Source of the DNA: Lingula anatina | Lineage: Eukaryota > Animalia > Brachiopoda | Reading direction: 5' to 3' | Assembly (NCBI GenBank): GCA_051362555.1 | Contig: CM120640.1 | Location: forward strand, 24,972,225 to 25,036,224 | DNA: 64,000 nt | Shown here: in pieces, positions 1 through 63,052 of the stretch | Layout: each line of letters starts with the position of its first letter | Position numbering within the stretch: the stretch's first letter is position 1 | The notes under the pieces: model-generated | Databases searched by the model: none | Seen by the model: only the letters and a program-made list of their open reading frames with translations | Told to the model about the DNA's origin: nothing | Position numbers and translations under genes: made by a program

Positions 1-3000
1 TCTTTTTACAGGAAAAAGAAGATGATGAGTGACCCCACCCGGACATGGACTTCACTCTTGGATCCCAGCTCAGGTTAGTAAATTTTATTTTTTAGTGGTG
101 GTGGGATGGGTAAATAGAAAAATTCTAATCTTGTTTTTCATTTCTTTTTACAGGACAAAGAAGATGATGAGTGACCCCACCCGGACATGGACTTCACTCT
201 TGGATCTAAGCTTAGGTTAGTAAATTTCATTTTTTGGGGTGGTGGGATGAGATAATTGAAAAAATCTAATCTTGTTTTTCATTTCTTTTTACAGGACAAA
301 GAAGATGATGAGGGACCCCACCCGGACATGGACTTCACTCTTGGATCCAAGCTAAGGTTAGTAAATTTTATTTTTTTGGGGTGGTGGGATTGGTGAATAG
401 AGAAAATCTAATCTTGTTTTTCATTTCTTTTTACAGGACAAAGAAGATGATGAGGGACCCCACCCGGACATGCACTTCACTCTTGGATCCCAGCTAAGGT
501 TAGTAAATTTCATTTTTTGGGGATGGTTGGATGAGATAATTGAAAAAATCTAATCTTGTTTTTCATTTCTTTTTACAGGACAAAAAAGATGAGGAGCAAC
601 CCCACCCGGACATGGACTTCACCCTTGGATCCCAGCTAAGGTTAGTAAATTTCATTTTTTGGGGGTGGTGGGTTGGGTAAATTGAAAAAATCTAATCTTG
701 TTTTTCATTTCTTTTCACAGGAGGAAGAAGATGATGAGCGACCCCACCCGGACATGGACTTCACTCTTGGATCCCACCTCAGGTTAGTTCATTTTATTTT
801 TTAGGGGTGGTGGGATGGGTAAATTGAAAAAAATTTAATATTGTTTGTCATTTCTTTTTACAGGACAAAAAGAAGATGAGGAGCAACCCCACCCGGACAT
901 GGACTTCACTCTTGGATCCAAGCATAGGTTGGTAAATTTTATTTTTTTGGGGTGGTGGGATGGGTAAATTGAAAAAAATTTAATATTGTTTGTCATTTCT
1001 TTTTACAGGACAAAGAAGATGATGAGTGACGCCACCCGGACATGGACTTCACTCTTGGATCCAAGCAAAGGTTAGTAAATTTTATTTTTTGAGGGTAGTG
1101 GGAAAATCTAATCTTGTTTTTTTATTTCTTTTTACCTGATAAAGAAGATGATGAGGGACCCCTCCCGGACATGGACTTCACTCTTGGATCCCAGCTCAGG
1201 TTAGTAAATTTTATTTTTTAGAGGTGGTGGGATGGGTACATTGAAAGAATCTAATCTTGTTTTTCATTTCTTTTTACCTGATAAAGAAGATGATGAGGGA
1301 CCCCTCCCGGACATGGACTTCACTCTTGGATCCCAGTTCAGGTTAGTAAATTTTATTTTTTAGAGGTGGTGGGATGGGTACATTGAAAGAATCTAATCTT
1401 GTTTTTCATTTCTTTTTACCTGATAAAGAAGATGATGAGGGACCCCTCCCGGACATGGACTTCACTCTTGGATCCCAGCTCAGGTTAGTAAATTTTATTT
1501 TTTAGAGGTGGTGGGATGGGTACATTGAAAGAGTCTAATCTTGTTTTTCATTTCTTTTTACAGGTCAAAGAAGATGATGAGGGACCCCACCTGGACATGG
1601 ACTTCACTCTTGGATCCCAGCTAAGGTAAGTAAATTTCATTTTTTAGGGGTGGTTGGATGAGATAATTGAAAAAATCTAATCTTGTTTTTCATTTCTTTT
1701 TACAGGACAAAGAAGATGAGGAGCGACCCCACCCGGACATGGACTTCACCCTTGGATCCCAGCTAAGGTTAGTAAATTTCATTTTTTGGGGGTGGTGGGT
1801 TGGGTAAATTGAAAAAATCTAATCTTGTTTTTCATTTCTTTTCACAGGACGAAGAAGATGATGAGCAACCCAACTTGGACATGGAGTTCCCTCTTTGATC
1901 CAAGCTAAGGTTAGTAAATTTTATTTTTTGGGGGTGGTGGGATGAGATAATTGAAAAAATCTAATCTTGTTTTTCATTTCTTTTTACAGGACAAAGAAGA
2001 TGAGGAGCGACCCCACCCGGACATGGACTTCACCCTTGGATCCCAGCTAAGGTTAGTAAATTTCATTTTTTGGGGGTGGTGGGTTGGGTAAATTGAAAAA
2101 ATCTAATCTTGTTTTTCATTTCTTTTTACAGGACAAAGAAGATGAGGAGCGACCCCACCCGGACATGGACTTCACCCTTGGATCCCAGCTAAAGTTAGTA
2201 AATTTTATTTTTTGGGGGTGGTGGGATGAGATAATTGAAAAAATCTAATCTTGTTTTTCATTTCTTTTTAAAGGACAAAGAAGATGAGGAGCGACCCCAC
2301 CCAGACATGGACTTCACCCTTGGATCCCAGCTAAGGTTAGTAAATTTCATTTTTTGGGGGTGGTGGGTTGGGTAAATTGAAAAAATCTAATCTTGTTTTT
2401 CTTTTCTTTTTACAGGAGAAAGAAGATATTGAGTGACTCCACCCAGACATGGACTTCACTCTTGGATCCAAGGAAAGGTTAGTAAATTTTATTTTTTGGG
2501 GTTGGTGGGATGGGTTAATTGAAAAAAATCTAATCTTGTTTTTCATTTCTTTTTACAGGACAAAAAAGATGATGAGGGACCCCACTTGGACATGGACTTC
2601 ACTCTTGGATCCAAGCTAAGGTTAGTAAATTTTATTTTTTTGGGGTGGTGGGATTGGTGAATAGAGAAAATCTAATCTTGTTTTTCATTTCTTTTTACAG
2701 GACAAAGAAGAAGATGAGTGACGCCACCCGGACATGGACTTCACTCTTGGATCCAAGCAAAGGTTAGTAAATTTAATTTTTTGGGGGTGGTGGGATGGGT
2801 AAATTGAAAAAATCTAAAATTGTTTTTCATTTCTTTTTACAGGACAAAGAAGATGCTGAGTGACCCCACCCGGACATGGACTTCACTCTTGGATCCAAGC
2901 TTAGGTTAGTAAATTTCATTTTTTGGGGGAGGGGGAATGAGATAATTGAAAAAATCTAATCTTGTTTTTCATTTCTTTTAACAGGACAAAGAAGATGATG

Positions 3001-6000
3001 AGCGACCCCATTCGGACATGGACTTCACTCTTGGATCCCAGCTAAGGTTAGTAAATTTTATTTTTTGGGGGTGGTGACATGAGTAAATTGAAAAAAGCTT
3101 ATCTTGTTTTTCATTTCTTTTTACAGGAAAAAGAAGATGATGAGTGACCCCACCCGGACATGGACTTCACTCTTGGATCCCACCTAAGGTTAGTTCATTT
3201 TATTTTTTAGGGGTGGTGGGATGGGTAAATTGAAAAAAATTTAATATTTATTTGTCATTTCTTTTTACGGGACAAAGAAGATGAGGAGCAACCCCACCAG
3301 GACATGGACTTCCCTCTTGGATCCCAGCTCAGGTTAGTAAATTTTATTTTTTAGGGGTGGTGGGATGGGTAAATAGAAAAATTCTAATCTTGTTTTTCAT
3401 TTCTTTTTACAGGACAAAGAAGATGATGAGGGACCCCACCCAGACATGGACTTCACTCTTGGATCCCAGCTCAGGTTAGTAAATTTTATTTTTTGGGGGT
3501 GGTGACATGAGTAAATTGAAAAAAGCTTATATTGTTTTTCATTTCTTTTTACAGGAAAAAGAAGATGATGAGTGACCCCACCCGGACATGGACTTCACTC
3601 TTGGATCCCAGCTCAGGTTAGTAAATTTTATTTTTTAGTGGTGGTGGGATGGGGAAATAGAAAAATTCTAATCTTGTTTTTCATTTCTTTTTACAGGACA
3701 AAGAAGATGATGAGTGACCCCACCCGGACATGGACGTCACTCTTGGATCTAAGCTTAGGTTAGTAAATTTCATTTTTTGGGGGTGGGGGGATGAGATAAT
3801 TGAAAAAATCTAATCTTGTTTTTCATTTCTTTTTACAGGAAAAAGAAGATGATGAGTGACCCCACCCGGACATGGACTTCACTCTTGGATCCCAGCTCAG
3901 GTTAGTAAATTTTATTTTTTAGTGGTGGTGGGATGGGTAAATAGAAAAATTCTAATCTTGTTTTTCATTTCTTTTTACAGGACAAAGAAGATGATGAGTG
4001 ACCCCACCCGGACATGGACTTCACTCTTGGATCTAAGCTTAGGTTAGTAAATTTCATTTTTTGGGGTGGTGGGATGAGATAATTGAAAAAATCTAATCTT
4101 GTTTTTCATTTCTTTTTACAGGACAAAGAAGATGATGAGGGACCCCACCCGGACATGGACTTCACTCTTGGATCCAAGCTAAGGTTAGTAAATTTTATTT
4201 TTTTGGGGTGGTGGGATTGGTGAATAGAGAAAATCTAATCTTGTTTTTCATTTCTTTTTACAGGACAAAGAAGATGATGAGGGACCCCACCCGGACATGC
4301 ACTTCACTCTTGGATCCCAGCTAAGGTTAGTAAATTTCATTTTTTGGGGATGGTTGGATGAGATAATTGAAAAAATCTAATCTTGTTTTTCATTTCTTTT
4401 TACAGGACAAAGAAGATGAGGAGTGACCCCACCCGGACATGGACTTCACCCTTGGATCCCAGCTAAGGTTAGTAAATTTCATTTTTTGGGGGTGGTGGGT
4501 TGGGTAAATTGAAAAAATCTAATCTTGTTTTTTTTTCTTTTCACAGGAGGAAGAAGATGATGAGCAACCCCACTTGGACATGGAGTTCACTCTTTGATCC
4601 AAGCTAAGGTTAGTAAATTTTATTTTTTTGGGGTGGTGGGATTGGTAAAATTGAAAAAAATCTAATGTTGTTTTTCATTTCTTTTTAAAGGACAAAGAAG
4701 ATGATGAGCGACCCCACCCGGACATGGACTTCACTCTTGGATCCCACCTCAGGTTAGTTCATTTTATTTTTTAGGGGTGGTGGTGTTTGTCATTTCTTTT
4801 TACAGGACAAAGAAGATGAGGAGCAACCCCACCCGGACATGGACTTCACTCTTGGATCCAAGCATAGGTTGGTAAATTTTATTTTTTTGGGGTGGTGGGA
4901 TGGGTAAATTGAAAAAAATTTAATATTGTTTGTCATTTCTTTTTACAGGACAAAGAAGATGATGAGTGACGCCACCCGGACATGGACTTCACTCTTGGAT
5001 CCAAGCAAAGGTTAGTAAATTTTATTTTTTGGGGGTGGTGGGAAAATCTAATCTTGTTTTTTTATTTCTTTTTACCTGATAAAGAAGATGATGAGGGACC
5101 CCTCCCGGACATGGACTTCACTCTTGGATCCCAGCTCAGGTTAGTAAATTTTATTTTTTAGAGGTGGTGGGATGGGTACATTGAAAGAATCTAATCTTGT
5201 TTTTCATTTCTTTTTACCTGATAAAGAAGATGATGAGGGACCCCTCCCGGACATGGACTTCACTCTTGGATCCCAGCTCAGGTTAGTAAATTTTATTTTT
5301 TAGAGGTGGTGAGATGGGTACATTGAAAGAATCTAATCTTGTTTTTCATTTCTTTTTACCTGATAAAGAAGATGATGAGGGACCCCTCCCGGACATGGAC
5401 TTCACTCTTGGATCCCAGCTCAAGTTAGTAAATTTTATTTTTTAGAGGTGGTGGGATGGGTACATTGAAAGAGTCTAATCTTGTTTTTCATTTCTTTTTA
5501 CAGGTCAAAGAAGATGATGAGGGACCCCACCTGGACATGGACTTCACTCTTGGATCCCAGCTAAGGTAAGTAAATTTCATTTTTTGGGGGTGGTTGGATG
5601 AGATAATTGAAAAAATCTAATCTTGTTTTTCATTTCTTTTTACAGGACAAAGAAGATGAGGAGCGACCCCACCCGGACATGGACTTCACCCTTGGATCCC
5701 AGCTAAGGTTAGTAAATTTCATTTTTTGGGGGTGGTGGGTTGGGTAAATTGAAAAAATCTAATCTTGTTTTTCATTTCTTTTCACAGGACGAAGAAGATG
5801 ATGAGCAACCCAACTTGGACATGGAGTTCCCTCTTTGATCCAAGCTAAGGTTAGTAAATTTTATTTTTTGGGGGTGGTGGGATGAGATAATTGAAAAAAT
5901 CTAATCTTGTTTTTCATTTCTTTTTACAGGACAAAGAAGATGATGAGTGACGGCACCCGGACATGGACTTCACTCTTGGATCCAAGCAAAGGTTAGTAAA

Positions 6001-9000
6001 TTTAATTTTTTGGGGGTGGTGGAATGGGTAAATTGAAAAAATCTAATCTTGTTTTTCATTTCTTTTTACAGGACAAAGAAGATGAGGAGCGACCCCACCC
6101 GGTAATGGACTTCACCCTTGGATCCCAGCTAAAGTTAGTAAATTTTATTTTTTGGGGGTGGTGGGATGAGATAATTGAAAAAATCTAATCTTGTTTTTCA
6201 TTTCTTTTTACAGGACAAAGAAGATGAGGAGCGACCCCACCCGGACATGGACTTCACCCTTGGATCCCAGCTAAGGTTAGTAAATTTCATTTTTTGGGGG
6301 TGGTGGGTTGGGTAAATTGAAAAAATCTAATCTTGTTTTTCATTTCTTTTTACAGGACAAAGAAGATGAGGAGCGACCCCACCTGGACTTGGACTTCACC
6401 CTTGGATCCCAGCTAAGGTAAGTAAATTTCATTTTTTGGGGGTGGTGGGTTGGGTAAATTGAAAAAATCTAATCTTGTTTTTCTTTTCTTTTTACAGGAG
6501 AAAGAAGATATTGAGTGACTCCACCCAGACATGGACTTCACTCTTGGATCCAAGGAAAGGTTAGTAAATTTTATTTTTTGGGGTTGGTGGGATGGGTTAA
6601 TTGAAAAAAATCTAATCTTGTTTTTCATTTCTTTTTACAGGACAAAGAAGATGATGAGCGACCCCACCCGGACATGGACTTCACTCTTGGATCCAAGCAT
6701 AGGTTAATAAATTTTATTTTTTCGGGGTGGTGGGATGGGTAAATTGAAAAAATCTAATCTTGTTTTTCTTTTCTTTTTAAAGAAGAAAGAAGATATTGAG
6801 TGACTCCACCCAGACATAATCTTCACCCTTGGATCCCAGCTAAGGTTAGTAAATTTTATTTTTGGGGGGTGGTGGGTTGGGTAAATTGAAAAAATCTAAT
6901 CTTGTTTTTCATTTCTTTTTACAGGACAAAAAAGATGATGAGGGACCCCACTTGGACATGGACTTCACTCTTGGATCCAAGCTAAGGTTAGTAAATTTTA
7001 TTTTTTTGGGGTGGTGGGATTGGTGAATAGAGAAAATCTAATCTTGTTTTTCATTTCTTTTTACAGGACAAAGAAGATGATGAGTGACGCCACCCGGACA
7101 TGGACTTCACTCTTGGATCCAAGCAAAGGTTAGTAAATTTTATTTTTTTGGGGTGGTGGAATGGGTAAATTGAAAAAATCTAATCTTGTTTTTTTATTTC
7201 TTTTTTCAGGACAAAGAAGATGAAGAGTGATGCCACCTGGACATGGACTTCACTCTTGGATTCAAGCAAAGGTTAGTAAATTTTATTTTTTGGGGGTGGT
7301 GGGATTGGTGAATAGAAAAAATCTAATCTTGTTTTTCATTTCTTTTTATAGGACAAAGAAGATGATGAGCAACCCCTCCCGGACATGGACTTCACTCTTG
7401 GATTCCAGCTCAGGTTAGTAAATTTTATTTTTTGGGGGTGGTGGGATGGGTACATTGAAAGAATCTAATCTTGTTTTTCGTTTCTTTTTACAGGACAAAG
7501 AAGATGATGAGTGACGCCACCCGGACATGGACTTCACTCGTGGATCCAAGCAAAGGTTAGTAAATTTTATTTTTTGGGGGTGGTGGGATGGGTACATTGA
7601 AAGAATCTAATCTTGTTTTTCGTTTCTTTTTACAGGACAAAGAAGATGAGGAGCGACCCCATCCGGACATGGACTTCACCCTTGGATCCCAGCTAAGGTT
7701 AGTAAATTTCATTTTTGGGGGGTGGTGGGTTGGGTAAATTGAAAAAATCTAATCTTGTTTTTCATTTCTTTTTACAGGACAAAGAAGATGAGGAGCGACC
7801 CCACCCGGACATGGACTTCACCCTTGGATCCCAACTAAGGTAAGTAAATTTTATTTTTTGGGGGTGGTGGGATGAGATAATTGAAAAAATCTAATCTTGT
7901 TTTTCTTTTCTTTTTACAGGAGAAAGAAGATATTGAGTGACTCCACCCAGACAATGACTTCACTCTTGGATCCAAGAAAAGGTTAGTAAATTTCATTTTT
8001 TTGGGGGTGGTGGGTTGGGTAAATTGAAAAAATCTAATCTTGTTTTTCTTTTCATTTTACAGGAGAAAGAAGATATTGAGTGACTCCACCCAGACATGGA
8101 CTTCACTCTTGGATCCAAGGAAAGGTTAGTAAATTTTATTTTTTGGGGTTGGTGGGATGGGTTAATTGAAAAAATCTAATCTTGTTTTTCATTTCTTTTA
8201 ACAGGACAAAGAAGATGATGAGCGACCCCACCCGGACATGGACTTCACTCTTGGATCCCACCTAAGGTTAGTTAATTTTATTTTTTAGGGGTGGTGGGAT
8301 GGGTAAATTGAAAAAAATTTAATATTGTTTGTCATTTCTTTTTTTACAGGACAAAGAAGATGATGAGCAACCCCACCCGGACATGGACTTCACTCTTGGA
8401 TCCAAGCATAGGTTAGTAAATTTTATTTTTTTGGGGTGGTGGGATGGGTAAATTGAAAAAATCTAATCATGTTTTTCTTTTCTTTTTACAGGAGAAAGAC
8501 GATATTGAGTGACTCCACCCTGACATAGACTTCATTCTTGGATACAAGGAAAGGTTAGTAAATTTTATTTTTTGGGGGTGGTGGGTTGGGTAAATTGAAA
8601 AAATCTAATCTTGTTTTTCATTTCTTTTTACAGGAAAAAAAAGATGATGAGGGACCCCACCCTGACATGGACTTCATTCTTGGATCCAAGCTAAGGTTAG
8701 TAAATTTTGTTTTTTTGGGGTGGTGGGATTGGTGAATAGAGAAAATCTAATCTTGTTTTTCATTTCTTTTTACAGGACAAAGAAGATGATGAGTGACGCC
8801 ACCCGGACATGGACTTCACTCGTGGATCCAAGCAAAGGTTAGTAAATTTTATTTTTTGGGGGTGGTGGAATGGGTTAATTGAAAAAATCTAAACTTGTTT
8901 TTCATTTCTTTTTACAGGACAAAGAAGATGATGAGTGACGCCACCCGGACATGGACTTCACTCTTGGATCCAAGCAAAGGTTAGTAAATTTTATTTTTTG

Positions 9001-9362
9001 GGGGTGGTGGGATGGTTGAATAGAAAACATCTAATCTTGTTTTTTTATTTCTTTTTACAGGACAAAGAAGATGATGAGTGATGCCACCCGGACATGGAGT
9101 TCACTCTTGGATTCAAGCTAAGGTTAGTAAATTTCATTTTTTGGGGGTGGTGGGTTGGGTAAATTGAAAAAATCTAATCTTGTTTTTCATTTCTTTTCAC
9201 AGGACGAAGAAGATGATGAGCAACCCCACTTGGACATGGAGTTCACTCTTTGATCCAAGCTAAGGTTAGTAAATTTTATTTTTTGGGGGTGGTGGGATGG
9301 GTAAATTGAAAAAATCTAATCTTGTTTTTCATTTCTTTTTACAGGATAAAGAAGATGATGAG
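1..9362 (+). repeat. Tandem array (satellite) of ~142-bp units, ~66 full copies plus a partial last copy; continues left of the window
   Basis: Unit consensus ...tttcatttctttttacag GACAAAGAAGATGATGAGNGACCCCACCCGGACATGGACTTCACTCTTGGATCCCAGCTAAG gttagtaaattttatttttttgggggtggtgggatgggtaaattgaaaaaatctaatcttgttt recurs every ~142 bp (e.g. 12, 154, 295, 436 ... 9203, 9345). Confidence 0.98.
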
Positions 9363-9367
9363 CTACC

Positions 9368-9430
9368 CAGGCCCGTAGCCGGCAATTTCAAAGGGTTTTT
9401 TTTTTTTCTGAAAAAGTGGACCTTTTACCA
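9368..9430 (+). mobile_element. Truncated end of a MITE-like dispersed repeat that terminates the satellite
   Basis: caggcccgtagccggcaatttc...ctgaaaaagtggacctttt closely matches 18611 caggcctgtagccagcaattcc...ctgaaaaagtgaacctttt. Confidence 0.6.
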
Positions 9431-12400
9431 TAAAATTCCTTTGTACCTAGATCAAATTTTACCCAATGTTACATCAAAATTGACAAAAAAACTTTTTGCA
9501 CTGCTACTACAAACATTATGAAAAGAAAACTGTGTTACTTATTATTATTTTTAACTTACAAGTATGATTTTTAGGATTGGCATTCAGTTCAAATTAGGAA
9601 GCCATCTCAATTGGGTTATCATTTATTATTGAATTTATGCAATTTTGTGTGAAATTTTCAATTTTCTCATACTGGCATTTTCAAAGTGTGAACTTGAACT
9701 CCCATGGACCTGAAGCCTTATGCTTATTACACATTTTACTTACAATGGTATTACCTGTTGAGCATAATTAAAATTTGATGTTGAATTTGCAGTTAAGCAT
9801 AATCTACTTTTGCATCAGAATTGACAGTAGCCTATTTTGTGCATTGTTATTTTCTGCTTTTTGTCTGTACATTTGACAGCTTTGCTGCCTTGTTCACTTA
9901 TCGCATTAGCCGTGTTGCATATATGCTGAAAAAAGTGAAAAAAACTTTTATGAAAATGGCAAGATCATGCTGATTTTCGAACTTGGCCTGCGTATTATGA
10001 ATATTCAACAGTTCTGTAATTTTCAAGCCAAAAGAAAAAAGTTTTCTACTTATCGTGCTATCAGGGTTGCATATATGATCAAAAAAGTGAAAAAACAGAA
10101 ATGAAATGGGTAATTTATAATTATTTCTTTTTAGCTCATTTCTTGGAATTAATAAGAGCCTAAAGCAAGGGCTCCATAATTTGCAATTTCTTTTAGATAA
10201 ATTAGTACATGAATGAACTTGACTTGAAGTTTATGGTAGCTTTTGTCAATACAGTCAATACTTATAGGGTATTAGATTATCTTCATCTGCTATTTAGCAA
10301 AACAAGGCCATTTGCACCACAGACCCTGATAGGTCTAGTTAATACCAGATATAAACTCACACATGGCTATTTTAACTTTAGTTCTTCTGGGCTATCACCT
10401 GAGAAATATTTCATAGATAATTTTAACACTTATAGTTAGTAATAAAAAGGGCTTTATTTTTTGTTTGGAATATATTAACAATGCAAAATTTTTAAAATAA
10501 TTAGAACAGAAAATAAAGAACATATGTCAATACAATAGAGACTCATTTAGTGTCTCAAGACTTAAATAATTAAACACCAAATTAAATTAAATTGCCACCT
10601 TGGTAAGACAAAATGCTTATACACATTAAGTCATCTCTTTGGAGTCCATTTGCGACTAGAAGAAGCAAAGTACATGTAAGTTATGAAACTGAATTAAACA
10701 TCAAATGAAAAGTGAAACTTATTATCCTTCCTATAAATGCAGTCCTCCCTGCCTTGCCACAAATGTGATGTGATAACTCGTACAAAGTTAAATGAGGTGA
10801 TACTGAGAAGTCATATAAAAGCTTTGCAATTAAATATTTTTCTTCCTTCCTGTAAACAAACTCCTATACATCCTTAGTGAACCTAAATTAAACATAGCTA
10901 ATAAACTGGAAAAAGAAGTTAACATTTTAAAACTGAATGATCCAACATGTTCTAAATGAAAATATCTGACAGAAATTAGTGTGTTTTACCAGAGACCTGA
11001 GAGGATATGGTTGAGATTCCAAAGGTGGGTCACTTTCCTTATACTTATTATTTTATTGTTCTTATATCCAAGTCCATCTTTCCTACACAAAGCATGCCTA
11101 ATACTGAATATAACACTCCTCCAACTTGGACATCATTTTCTAAATGCTGTAAAAAATCCCATTTAACTTATGTACTTCTAGAAAACCACTTGCACAACTC
11201 TGAGACTAGCTAGTATCACTGCAATTAAGAGACTAGTTGGAACTGGAGATACCAGTTGGGAATTTTATATGAAAACAATTAGGAAAAAAGACTAAATCTT
11301 GCTGATTTTTCCGATTTCAAAAACCACCATGTCTCTACATGCCAATTTTTAACTATTATAGTGGTATTTTGTGTGGGGCTTAGTAACAAACATTTAGTTC
11401 GAATACTTAATATTATATAAGCATTTTAAGCACTGTATGTTTAAACATTGTAATTGTTCACCATAACAGTAACCAGGTCAGATTTACAACAAAAATGCCT
11501 AACAAAATATATCAATCAAAAGTAGTTTACAAATGAAAATGCCAATGTCAGCTGTCGCATTCTTATTATGCCTACCAAAGCACTACATGAACTGGACTGC
11601 CTTTAAAAGCCAACAAGGAAATTCTTGAAAAACAATAATAAGAAATTACAACCAACTTAACCCAATCAAAATGACACAGTGGTATGGTAACTGATCAAAC
11701 TCCCACAATACCAATCAAGGTGCAAAAATCACAAGAATATTTTAGCCCATGACTTGTACACTATGTGACAGTAACTATTAGTCACTGTGCTGAGGCACCT
11801 AGTTTCTTTTTCTGCTCTACTGAAAACTCCCTACCATATTTAATAAATTTTTCAATGTGAAGTAATACAAGAGTATTCAAATATCACTGAGGTGCAAAAT
11901 TTTCACAGCAAATAGTCCCATTACTGTACACGAACATGTATCATAATCAGACCAGGTGGTATAAAACTGTACATATGAAGTCTGTTGACATTTATCTGAA
12001 TATTTCTTACATAAAGCATACAATAAATGAACAAAGAATTAAGCTACTTGATCAGACTCTTGTGGTGTCCCTTCAACCAGACACCTTCAATCTGTTTAAA
12101 TAATGATTAATATGTGAATATGAAAGCTGTGGTGTGTATGTACATACAGTATACAAAAGGAATGGGCAAGTGTTACAATAGCTAAACATATGTACAGATT
12201 AAATGCAATTTTTTAAAAAATAATCTATCAAGGTACTTTGGTAAGAAATACATTTAGTTTAAATAGCCCAAAACCCAATGCAATTAGGTATTTAGATGCA
12301 AAAAGAAAAGCACTGAATATACAGCTGAAAAAATACAAAACGAGATTTAAAACTGGATGAAAAAAAATATATATTCCATAGGTTGAAGCCAAAATCATCT

Positions 12401-12597
12401 GAAGTTATCAACACACAAAATTTGCAAAACTGCACTAGTCGAACAATCTCTTCCAGAAGTCATTCAGCTTTCCGCATCCCTAGAATCAGACTGCATAGAA
12501 CGCTGGGAAAATATACAAAACACAGATTGTCTCAAACTACAGTGTACTACTTTATTACAGAACAACATGTGCACAGGACAGCAACAGACTTCAGTCA

Positions 12598-63052
<50,455 letters not shown>

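Noticed and set aside
1-9362. CRISPR array
   Set aside because: The whole 142-bp unit repeats, there are no unique spacers or cas genes, and the context is a eukaryotic spliced gene.
1-9362. Tandem box C/D snoRNA or miRNA/mirtron cluster (AUGAUGA box-C-like motif in each unit)
   Set aside because: No box D (CUGA) in most units, no terminal stem, and the 80-nt intron-like part shows no convincing hairpin by eye.
29-9521. Short ORFs listed inside the array (63-74 aa)
   Set aside because: They are chance read-throughs of repeat units, run through T-rich intron-like sequence and are broken in most copies.
12551-12556. AATAAA on the minus strand 41 nt after the unc-13 stop as the poly(A) signal
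   Set aside because: Several equivalent hexamers occur in the AT-rich 9.5-12.5 kb region, so it cannot be assigned without 3'-end data.
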